Positions 55,290 to 63,707 of a stretch of DNA of 64,000 bases are shown piece by piece. The notes beneath the pieces were generated by a model. It had not been told where the DNA came from, did no database searches, and saw nothing but the letters and a program-made list of their open reading frames with translations. Numbering within the stretch: position 1 is the stretch's first letter; every line of letters starts with the position of its first letter. The stretch spans positions 6,896 through 70,895 of the forward strand of contig CAVQXS010000003.1 in the NCBI GenBank assembly GCA_963717965.1. The letters are read 5' to 3'. The stretch comes from an uncultured Thermoleophilia bacterium. Lineage in GTDB: Bacteria > Actinomycetota > Thermoleophilia > UBA2241. Made by a program: the position numbers and the translations under genes.

Positions 55290-57137
55290 CCGTGAGGCTC
55301 GCCGATCCGGAGGCACTCGCCCGCCGTCGAGAGGCCCTGCGCACCGCCGAGAGCCCTGCGCACGGTGTCATCGCCGTCTGCGTCGGCACGGGATGCCGGG
55401 CGAACGGGGCTATCGCCGTGTACGAGGCGCTGCGGGCCGAGGTGCAGGCGCGAGGCGCCGGCCGCCGGGTCGAGGCGAGGGCCACCGGCTGCCTGGGGTT
55501 CTGCCAGGGCGGCCCGATGCTCCTGCTGTTTCCCGAGGGCATCGTCTACCAGCACGTGGGAGTCAAGGACGTGCCCGAGATCGTCGAGAGGACGGCGCTC
55601 GGCAGCGAGATCATCGAACGGCTGCTCTACGTGGACCCGAGACGGAGCTGCAGTGCCGCAGGGAGGAGGAGATTCCCTTCTACCGCCATCAGCAGCGCGT
55701 GCTGCTGCGGGACAACGGCCTCCTCGACCCGACCTCCATCGACGCCTACATCGCGCTCGGCGGCTACTCGGCCCTGAGCAAGGCCCTCGACATGGGGCCC
55801 GAGGCGGTGCTCGAGGAGGTCAAACGCTCCGGCCTGCGCGGGCGTGGCGGCGCCGGCTTCCCCACGGGCCGCAAGTGGGAGGCGTGCCGCAACGCCGAAG
55901 GAGAACTCAAGTACGTGGTCTGCAACGCCGACGAAGGCGACCCCGGAGCCTTCATGGACGACGCCCTGCTCGAGGGCAACCCGCACAGCGTGCTCGAGGG
56001 CATGATCATCGGCGCCCTCGCGATGGGCGCACGAGAGGGTCACGTGTACGTGCGCCAGGAGTATCCGGTCGCCGTCGAGCGCATCACGCGCGCCATCGAG
56101 CAGGCACGCGAGCTCGGCCTGCTGGGCGAGGTCATCCTCGGCAGCGAGCTGTGCTTCGACGTGCGGTCAGCCGCGGCGGCGGTGCGTTCGTCTGCGGCGA
56201 GGCCAGCGCCATGATGGCCTCGCTCGAAGGCCGGCGCGGCGTGCCGCGCCGGCGGCTCATCCACCTGTCGGAGAAGGGCTTGTGGGGCCGACCCACCAAC
56301 CTCAACAACGTCGAGACGTGGGCGAACGTGCCCCACATCGTGCTCGAGGGCGCCGACTGGTTCTCCTCCATCGGCACCGAGGGCTCTACGGGCACCAAGA
56401 TCTTCTCCCTCGTCGGCAAGGTGACCAACACCGGCCTCGTCGAGGTGCCGATGGGCACGACCTTGCGCGCGATCGTCTTCGGCGCCGGCGGAGGCGTCCC
56501 GAACGGCAAGGCGTTCAAGGCCGTCCAGACCGGCGGTCCGTCCGGGGGCTGCCTGCCGGCGGACAAGCTCGACGTGCCGGTGGACTTCGACACGCTCGTG
56601 GCCGAAGGCTCCATGATGGGGTCCGGCGGCATGATCGTCATGGACGAGGACACCTGCATGGTGGACGTCGCCAAGTACTTCCTGCGCTTCCTGGCCTCCG
56701 AGTCGTGCGGCAACTGCACCTCGTGCCGCGACGGGCTCGCCATCCTGCACGACCTGCTCGGCGACATCACCGAGGGACGCGGGACGCGGGAGACCATCGC
56801 CCTCGTCGAGGAGCTCGCCGACACGGTGGAGGCCACCTCGCTCTGCGCGCTCGGCACGAGCGCGGTCAACCCGGTGCTGTCCACGCTGCGCTACTTCCGC
56901 GACGAGTACCTCGCGCACGTCGACGACAAGCGCTGCCCGGCGGGGGTGTGCAAGGCGCTCATCAGCTTCAGCATCGACGCGGAGCGCTGCAACGGCTGTA
57001 CTCTCTGCGCCGTGCGCTGCCCCCAGGACGCGGTCGTGGGCGAGAAGAAGCAGCCGCACATGATCACGCAGGAGCGCTGCATCAAGTGCGGCATCTGCAG
57101 GGACGTGTGCAACCGCGACGCCGTGCTGGTCCGGTAG
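55286..57137 (+). CDS. NuoF/HydB-like FMN- and NAD(P)H-binding Fe-S subunit; two frame breaks as assembled
   Basis: ATG 55286 overlaps the upstream stop (ATGA).
- Segment 1 (frame of ORF 55043..55777): N-terminal Trx-like [2Fe-2S] domain, [10 protein letters not shown]...CLGFCQGGP.
- Segment 2 (ORF 55393..56214): [26 protein letters not shown].
- Segment 3 (ORF 55365..57137): [20 protein letters not shown], and C-terminal [12 protein letters not shown] / [12 protein letters not shown]. Confidence 0.8.
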
Positions 57138-57146
57138 GAGGCCCCG

Positions 57147-57910
57147 GTGGACGTTGGACTCGCCATCGACGACGTACAGGTGACCGCCGCGGAGGGCATG
57201 AGCGTCCTCGACGCCGCCCGCCGCGCCGGCTGGGACGTCCCGGCGCTCTGTCACCACGAGGCCGTGCCGGCCATCGCCTCCTGCCGCCTGTGTCTCATTG
57301 AGGTGCGGCGGCCCGGCCGCGACTGGGTACAGCTGACGACCTCCTGCGACTACCCCGTGTCGGACGGCCTCGTCGTGGTGACGGACTCACCTCGCATCCG
57401 CAGCCACCGCGCCATGAATCTGGAGCTTCTCCTGCGACGTGCCCCCGATGCTCCGGTCCTCCATCGGCTCGCGTCGCAACTCGCGCTGACGGAGCCTCGG
57501 TTCGCGCCCGTCACCGACGCGCCGCTGCCCGACTGCATCCTGTGCGAGCTGTGCGTGCGCGTGTGCTCAAGCCTGGGCTACAACGCGCTCGCGGCGATCG
57601 GTCGCGGAGCCACCAAGCGGATAGGTCCGCCCTTCGGGCAGACGGCGGCGAGGACTGCGTGGGCTGCGGCTCCTGCACTGAGGCATGCCCCACTGAGTGC
57701 ATCGCCATGGCGGACTCAGCCACCACGCGCACCATCTGGGGCCGCACCTTCGACCTCCTCGCCTGCGAGCGCTGCGGCAGGCCGATCACGACAGAAGCGC
57801 ACGCCAAGGTGATGGCCGTAGCGGCGGACCAGCGGGTGAAGGGCGCCGAGTTCTGCGACGTCTGCAAGCGGCGCGTCACGAGCGAGCGCCTCGCTTCGCC
57901 GGGACGGTGA
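57147..57910 (+). CDS. NuoG-N-terminal/HydA-N-terminal-like [2Fe-2S]+[4Fe-4S] protein without a catalytic domain; one frame break as assembled
   Basis: ORF 57147..57812 has LCHHEAVPAIASCRLCLIEV and DCILCELCVRVC. It continues in ORF 57542..57910 with CVGCGSCTEACPTECI and CERCGRPI. Confidence 0.75.
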
Positions 57911-57951
57911 CTGCGCACGTAGGTACCGCCATCCTGCTGTCCCAGTACGCA

Positions 57952-57983
57952 GTGACGGCCACTGCTGCCGCAGCGGCCGTCAC
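57952..57983. terminator. Strong hairpin between the AOR cluster and the convergent CDF gene
   Basis: GTGACGGCC (57952-57960) / GGCCGTCAC (57975-57983), with an inner GCTGC-C-GCAGC stem. It is followed by GTTCTCGATGCTT. Confidence 0.5.
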
Positions 57984-58040
57984 GTTCTCGATGCTTCCGG
58001 GACGGGCGGGCGCCAGTAGCTGGTCATCGTTCGCCCGTTC

Positions 58041-58995
58041 CTACGCTTGAATTGTTCCCCGCGGTCCGGGGTCCGACACCTCGCGCGCGACGGCCAGCGC
58101 CTCCACCTCGATGAAGATGCGGCTGACCTCGGGGTACGGCTCGGCGATACGCTCCTCGATGCGGTGCACGACCGCGTGCATCTCCTCGGCGGGCAGACCG
58201 GGCGTGAACTTGACCTCGATGTTGAGGAGCACGTCGTCCGGGCCGAGGTGCATCGTCAGCACCACGCCGAGGCCGGTCACGGCCGGATCGTCGAGCACGA
58301 TGCGGCGGATGTCCGCGACCATCTGGGGGTCCGCCGCCTCGCCCACGAGCAGGCTCCGGCTCTCGTAGGCGAGCCAGAGCGCCGCCAGGACGAGGATGCA
58401 GCCGATGACGATCGAGGCGAGGCCGTCGAGGACGGGTGCGTCCAGCTGGTGACTGAGGAACACGCCGACGAACGCGACCGCGAGGCCGAGCAGGGCGGCG
58501 GTGTCCTCGAAGAGCACGGTGAAGAGGCTGGGGTCCTTGCCGTGGTGGATGGCGGCGATGGTGGTCCGCCCGCGCCGCGAGCCACGGAACGCGCGCCAGG
58601 CGACGCTGAACGAAAGGCTCTCGAACACCACCGCCAGCGCCAGGACGACGTAGTTGATGGTCGGGTTCTCCAGCGGCGCCGGGTTCTGGATGTGGATGAT
58701 GCCCTCGTAGATCGACATGCCGCCGCCGATGCCGAAGATGCTCACGGCGACGATCAGGCTCCAGAAGTAGACCTCCATGCCGTGGCCGAAGGGGTGATGG
58801 TCGTCGGCCGGTCTGGCGCCCCGGTTGAGGCCGTAGATAGAGCAGGCCGCCGTTGCCGGTGTCGACCACCGAGTGGATGCCCTCGCTGATCATCGCCGAG
58901 CTGCCGGTCATGGCCCCGGCGATGAACTTGATGACCGCGATCGCCAGGTTGCCGATGATCGCGGCCACCACAGCCTTCTTGGATTCGGCTGCCAT
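58041..58995 (-). CDS. Cation diffusion facilitator (FieF/YiiP-like) transporter; one frame break as assembled
   Basis: N-terminus from ATG 58995 (MAAESKKAVVAAIIGNLAIAVIKFIAGAMTGSSAMISEGIHSVVDTGNGGLL). It continues in the frame of ORF 58041..58778 (YGLNRGARPADDHHPFGHGMEVYFWSL... to the stop). Confidence 0.8.
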
Positions 58996-59104
58996 CTGGC
59001 AAGTCTACTGCAGTTCTTCGTGCTCACCGGGTCTTCACCTGAGAGAGGAATCCGCGGTTGCGGGTAAGAACCTAGTACGTGGCCGCCTGAAGGGGGTATC
59101 CGCG

Positions 59105-59320
59105 ATGCCCGGCACCGAGTACGAATGTGGCGAGTGCCGCCACAGGTTCCGCACACCCGTAGGTGTGGCTCCCGACGCACGGACGCTCATGTGCCCGGCG
59201 TGCGGGAGCATCGACCTCAACGTCATGCAGGTCATGCGACCGCGTCCCGCCGTCATGAGCGCCCGCGAGGGCGCGCCGGCCGGCGACAGGTGGTCGCCTC
59301 GCAGGACCGACGCCGCCTGA
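59105..59320 (+). CDS. FmdB-family zinc-ribbon protein
   Basis: MPGTEYECGECRHRF...MCPACGS has two CxxC pairs. These are the last 71 codons of ORF 58853..59320. Confidence 0.7.
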   Translation: MPGTEYECGECRHRFRTPVGVAPDARTLMCPACGSIDLNVMQVMRPRPAVMSAREGAPAGDRWSPRRTDAA

Positions 59321-59398
59321 CGCCCTGAAGCCCGCGCCGCGCTCCCGCCGGGCCGGCGGGCGGCGCGGCCGCGACCTGGCGTCTGGTACCCTAAGCTC

Positions 59399-60133
59399 AT
59401 GCTGAGAGCCGTCACGTTCGACTTCTGGAGCACCCTGTTCGCCGACGCCCGCGGGCGCGAGCGGGAGGGCCGGCGCGCCGCGATCCTGGGCGACGCGCTG
59501 CGCTCCGCCGGCCTCGAGGCGTCGCAGCACGCGCTGGACGACGCGCTGCGCGGCAGCTGGGACTACTTCGACGCCGTCTGGCTGAGCGAGCACCGCACGC
59601 CGCTCTGCGCGGAGCTCATCGAGGCGATCCTCGCGTCCCTGGGGGCGCACCTCCCTCCGCAGCTGTTCGACGAGCTCGTGGCCCGCTTCGAGCGGCTCGT
59701 CCTCGAGCTGCCGCCCGAGCCGATGCCGAGCGCCGTCTACACCATGCCGAAGCTGGCCGAGCACTACCGGCTCGCCATCATCTGCGACACCGGGTACTCG
59801 CCGGGGACCGTGCTCAGGGAGCTGCTCGAGCGGCACGGCCTGCTCGCCCACTTCGAGTACACGTACTTCTCCAACGAGCACGGCATGAGCAAGCCCGACA
59901 CGCGCGTCTTCGTGCACACGCTCGAGGAGCTCGGGGTGCGCCCGGCCGAGGCGGCCCACGTCGGCGACATCCAGCGCACCGACGTCGCCGGCGCGCAGGC
60001 CGCCGGCATGGCGGCCGTGCACTTCATCGGCGCCAACAACGCCGACGCCGGCCGCTCGACCGCCGACGTCATGGTCCGCCACTTCGACGAGCTGCCACAG
60101 GCCCTCGGCAGCCTCATCTGTGCCGGCTGCTGA
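59399..60133 (+). CDS. HAD-superfamily hydrolase
   Basis: Motif I VTFDFWSTL, motif II IICDTG, and motif III/IV SKPD...HVGDIQRTDVAGAQAAGM. Confidence 0.8.
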   Translation: MLRAVTFDFWSTLFADARGREREGRRAAILGDALRSAGLEASQHALDDALRGSWDYFDAVWLSEHRTPLCAELIEAILASLGAHLPPQLFDELVARFERLVLELPPEPMPSAVYTMPKLAEHYRLAIICDTGYSPGTVLRELLERHGLLAHFEYTYFSNEHGMSKPDTRVFVHTLEELGVRPAEAAHVGDIQRTDVAGAQAAGMAAVHFIGANNADAGRSTADVMVRHFDELPQALGSLICAGC

Positions 60134-61565
60134 CGAGACAAGCAGCGGCCTTCGCCGGCGCCGGTCCTTCCTGCTCGCCGCGGCCGCCGGCGCGGCTGCC
60201 TTCATCCTGGTGGCGGTACTCATGCGCACCGGGGCCCTCGACGCCTGGGACGCCGCCGTAGTCAACTTCTTTGCGGAGCATCGGCGGCAGCCGCTCACCG
60301 GAATCGCGGAGACGCTTGACAAGCTCGACACCTGGTGGCTGCTGACGATCATCATCGCCGTGCTTCTCGGCGCGTTGTGGTGGTCGGGGAGGATGGTACA
60401 GGCGGTGTACCTCGGCGTGACGGGCGCCGCGGCGCTCGTCCTCAACCCGCTCCTCAAGCTCGTGTTCGAGCGCCCGCGACCCGCGAGCGACGCGCTCGTG
60501 GCCGCCTCGAGCACCGCGTTCCCGAGCGGCCACACCACGACGGCGACGGCGATCGCAACTTCCATCGCCGTGATCGCCTGGCCCACGCGCTGGCGTTGGC
60601 CGGTGGTCGTGGCCGCCGTCTTGTTCCCGCTAGCCATGGCCTGGTCGCGCGTGTACCTCGGCGTGCACTGGCCCTCCGACGTCCTCGGCGGCCTCGCGCT
60701 CGGGTTCACAATCGCCATGGTTGTGCGCGCCCTGCTGCCGTGGCCGACCCTCGAAGAGTCCGCGGCGGCGCAGGCGGAAGGCGGAAGCGCCGCGCCGGCC
60801 GCAGGCGGGCGCGGCGCGACGGGCGGCCCCGGTCCGGGCGACAAGGGCATCGACGTGGTCTTCCTCGACTGGGGCAACACGCTCATGGTCGACAACGGCA
60901 TGCGCGAGGGGCCGATGAAGGACTGGGAGAAGGTCGAGGCGGAGGCCGGCGCGCAGGAGGCGCTCACCCGCCTGCGCGCCCGCTACCGCCTCGTCGTCGC
61001 GACCAACGCCGAGGACTCACCGGGGAGCCACGTGCGCATGGCGCTGGCCCGCGTCGGCCTGGACGACCTCGTCGACGACGTCGTCTCCTCCGCGGACGTC
61101 GGCGACCACAAGCCGAACTACGCCTTCTTCCGAGCGGCGCTGCTCCGCGAGGGCGACGGCGGCTTGCCGCTCGACCCGCGCCGGACCGTCATGGTCGGCG
61201 ACGGCACCACCAACGACATCGCCGGCGCCCGGCGCGCCGGCATGCGCACGATCTGGTACAACCCGACCAAGCGGCGGTTCCCGGACGGGGCGCCGCCGCC
61301 GGACGCCGTGGTCCGCAAGCTCGCCGACCTGCCTGCCGCCGTCGACCGCCTTGCCGGGGTGACTCCCGAGAAGCGCTCGCGGAAGCAGCGCGAGGCCGCC
61401 GCGGCAGCGGCCGCCGCCGCGGAGGCCGAGTCCGCCACCACCGCCCTGCGGGCGGAGACGGCGGCCGAGAACGCGGCGGCCTCCGCCGCCGCGGCGATCC
61501 CGCTCACGAGCGCGGCCGGCGAGGCCGCGACCGATCCGCCGGCCGGACCCGCCACCGGGAGGTAG
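60120..61565 (+). CDS. PAP2 (type 2 phosphatidic-acid-phosphatase) membrane domain fused to a HAD hydrolase domain
   Basis: PAP2 motifs KLVFERPRP, PSGH, SRVYLGVHWPSD. After a Gly/Ala/Pro linker come the HAD motifs VVFLDWGNTL, VVATNA, HKPN...MVGDGTTNDIAGARRAGM. It ends in an Ala-rich tail. Confidence 0.8.
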   Translation: MPAADETSSGLRRRRSFLLAAAAGAAAFILVAVLMRTGALDAWDAAVVNFFAEHRRQPLTGIAETLDKLDTWWLLTIIIAVLLGALWWSGRMVQAVYLGVTGAAALVLNPLLKLVFERPRPASDALVAASSTAFPSGHTTTATAIATSIAVIAWPTRWRWPVVVAAVLFPLAMAWSRVYLGVHWPSDVLGGLALGFTIAMVVRALLPWPTLEESAAAQAEGGSAAPAAGGRGATGGPGPGDKGIDVVFLDWGNTLMVDNGMREGPMKDWEKVEAEAGAQEALTRLRARYRLVVATNAEDSPGSHVRMALARVGLDDLVDDVVSSADVGDHKPNYAFFRAALLREGDGGLPLDPRRTVMVGDGTTNDIAGARRAGMRTIWYNPTKRRFPDGAPPPDAVVRKLADLPAAVDRLAGVTPEKRSRKQREAAAAAAAAAEAESATTALRAETAAENAAASAAAAIPLTSAAGEAATDPPAGPATGR

Positions 61566-61567
61566 CC

Positions 61568-62107
61568 ATGGAACTGTCCCGCCCAGAGCTCTGGTGCCGC
61601 CGCGCCCTCCAGCTCGGCGCCGATGCGGCGACGCCGGTCGACGCCGACGCCGTCGTCGCCGCCGAGTGGGTGCGCATGAAGTGCATCTTCGGCTGCGACG
61701 AGCCCGGCGTGCACAAGACCTGCCCGCCGAACCTGCAGCCCGTCGCCGTGACGCAGCGCCTGCTGTCCGAGTACCGCCGCGGCGTGCTCCTCGAGGTCGG
61801 GCCCATCGTCGGCACGGAGTCCAGCGACCCGGAGTCGCGCCGCCTCAACGACGCGGCGCTGGCGCTCGAGCGCGACCTCTTCCTCGCCGGCCACTACAAG
61901 GCGTGGATGATGGGCGCCGGCCCGTGCGACCTGTGCGACGCGTGCGCCAAGGGCAGGGAGTGCCCGACGCCCGAGAAGGCCCGGCCGTCCATGGAGGGGT
62001 GCGGCATCGACGTGTTTGCGACCGTGCGCAACGCCGGCCGCACGATCGACGTGGTGCGAGACGAGAGCGACGAATACCGCTACTTCGCCCTCGTCCTCGT
62101 CGACTGA
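61568..62107 (+). CDS. DUF2284-type Cys-rich metal-binding protein
   Basis: ATG 61568 after GGGAGG. Cys pattern KCIFGCDEPGVHKTCPP and GPCDLCDACAKGRECP. Confidence 0.7.
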   Translation: MELSRPELWCRRALQLGADAATPVDADAVVAAEWVRMKCIFGCDEPGVHKTCPPNLQPVAVTQRLLSEYRRGVLLEVGPIVGTESSDPESRRLNDAALALERDLFLAGHYKAWMMGAGPCDLCDACAKGRECPTPEKARPSMEGCGIDVFATVRNAGRTIDVVRDESDEYRYFALVLVD

Positions 62108-62164
62108 GCAGCCGGGCCGCCCGGAGGGTCGCACGCCGCAGGCAGCCGCGCGCCGCGACTGACT

Positions 62165-63052
62165 CTACGCCGCGCTTCCCAGCGGTTCCCTCGCGCGCCG
62201 GGCGATCGCACGGCGGCAGAGCTCAAGCCCGCCGCCGTGCTCCAGCCAGCCGGCAAAGGTGTGGAGCGGCGGATACAGGCAGCGCAGCCGCTCGATGTCG
62301 TGCACCGGGGTCGAGGCCTCCTGGTAGACGAAGACGCCCTCGACCTGGACCTCCTCGTAGCGCACCGGCTCGCCAAGTCCGGCGCTGAGCCGCTCGACGA
62401 TGTCGAGCGGGGTCACGATATCGCCGGCGACCTCGATGGTGCGCCCGGCGAACTCGCCGGGGCTGGCCAGAGCCAGCGCGCCCAGCGCGCCGACGTCCTC
62501 GAGAGCGATCAGCGGCAGGTGATTGGTGGCCACGAACGGGGTCGCCAAGGTCAACTGCCGCCCGAACCGGCTCAGCCAGTACCACGGCACCTCCTCCATG
62601 AAGGTGGCCGGGCGCAGGACCGTCGTGGGCACGTCCAGCTCGTGCAGGTACCGCTCGACTTCGGAGCTGACGTCACAGGAGACCCGATGGTGGTCGGGGC
62701 CGGTCGCGGCGGCGAACACGATGTGGCCGACGCCGGCGCGGGCCGCCGCCTCGCCGATGGCCCGGCCGTGGCGCAGCCGCTCGGCCGGACCGGTGTCCGG
62801 ATGGTCGAGGGCGAGGAAAAGCGCGCCGGCGCCGCGCAGGGCGCGCTCGAGCGCGACAGGGTCGTCGAAGCTCGCGACGCGCGTCTTGGGCTCCGCCCAT
62901 CGTGGATCGCGCAGGCGGCGCGCATCCCGCGCGTCGAAGAGCGCGTGCGCCTCGAGGCCGCGCGCGCGCAGGTGGCGGACTGCCGCGTCGCCCTGCTGTC
63001 CGGCGGCGCCGACCACGTACACGGCGCCCATGTCGATCGTCATGACATTCAC
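62165..63052 (-). CDS. NmrA-family NAD(P)-binding protein
   Basis: VYVVGAAGQQG Rossmann motif and an NmrA-like body. The start is ambiguous (GTG 63052, ATG 63043 or ATG 63031). Confidence 0.8.
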   Translation of the reverse strand: MNVMTIDMGAVYVVGAAGQQGDAAVRHLRARGLEAHALFDARDARRLRDPRWAEPKTRVASFDDPVALERALRGAGALFLALDHPDTGPAERLRHGRAIGEAAARAGVGHIVFAAATGPDHHRVSCDVSSEVERYLHELDVPTTVLRPATFMEEVPWYWLSRFGRQLTLATPFVATNHLPLIALEDVGALGALALASPGEFAGRTIEVAGDIVTPLDIVERLSAGLGEPVRYEEVQVEGVFVYQEASTPVHDIERLRCLYPPLHTFAGWLEHGGGLELCRRAIARRAREPLGSAA

Positions 63053-63220
63053 CCAGTCTCGTAAAGCACGGTAGCTTGGTCAGATATCTGAGTGTTCCCA
63101 CACACGAACGTGACAGCGGCGTTGTGGCGAGGACTTCGGGGCGCTCAGAGCCACCCTCGTTCCGCAGGCTCAGGCGCTCAGGTGCTTCGGGACGGGTTCC
63201 CACCGCACGACGGGTGTCGA

Positions 63221-63664
63221 CTACACGGACTGCAGGTGAGACAGCCCGGTGGCCTCGTCGAGCGCCCGGGCCATCCTCGGGCCGACGAGCTCCTGGAGGA
63301 TCAGCTCACAGGAGAAGACCGTGCAGCCGGGCGAGAGGTCTCCTCCGGAGGCCGCGCCCAGCGCATCTCCCAGGACGAGGTGGCAGTGGACTTCGACGCC
63401 CTCGTCCGATCTGAGGGCTGTCCCGGTCATGGTCACGAGCATCACCGGACGGTCCACCTCGATGTCCCGGTCTTCCTGGATCGACTGGTCGTAGTAGGTC
63501 ATGCTCGCGCGGGCGAGGCTGCCGACCCCCTCGATCCTGCAGAAGGCGATGTCGTTCTCGGCGACGAGGCGCTCGATCTCCTCGAGGAGATCGCGTCCCC
63601 TCTGAAGCGTGATCAGCAGCGTCCGGCCGACGGTGAAGGACGCGGCAGCGGCCTGTGAGCTCAT
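63221..63664 (-). CDS. PPC (DUF296) domain protein
   Basis: ATG 63664 after GAGGAGGAG. GRDLLEEIERLVAENDIAFCRIEGVGSLARASMTYY...VHCHLVLGDALGAASGGDL. Confidence 0.75.
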   Translation of the reverse strand: MSSQAAAASFTVGRTLLITLQRGRDLLEEIERLVAENDIAFCRIEGVGSLARASMTYYDQSIQEDRDIEVDRPVMLVTMTGTALRSDEGVEVHCHLVLGDALGAASGGDLSPGCTVFSCELILQELVGPRMARALDEATGLSHLQSV

Positions 63665-63707
63665 GTTTGCTCCTCCTCGGTCATGTCGTGACTCCCTGCG
63701 CCCTCGA

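Noticed and set aside
7836-58845. Programmed ribosomal frameshifting as the explanation for the frame breaks.
   Set aside because: No shared slippery heptamer or downstream pseudoknot is seen at the junctions. The affected genes (transporters, hydrolases, NuoF-like) are not known recoding targets. The breaks go in both directions, and some genes have two. Indel error or recent mutation is the simpler explanation.
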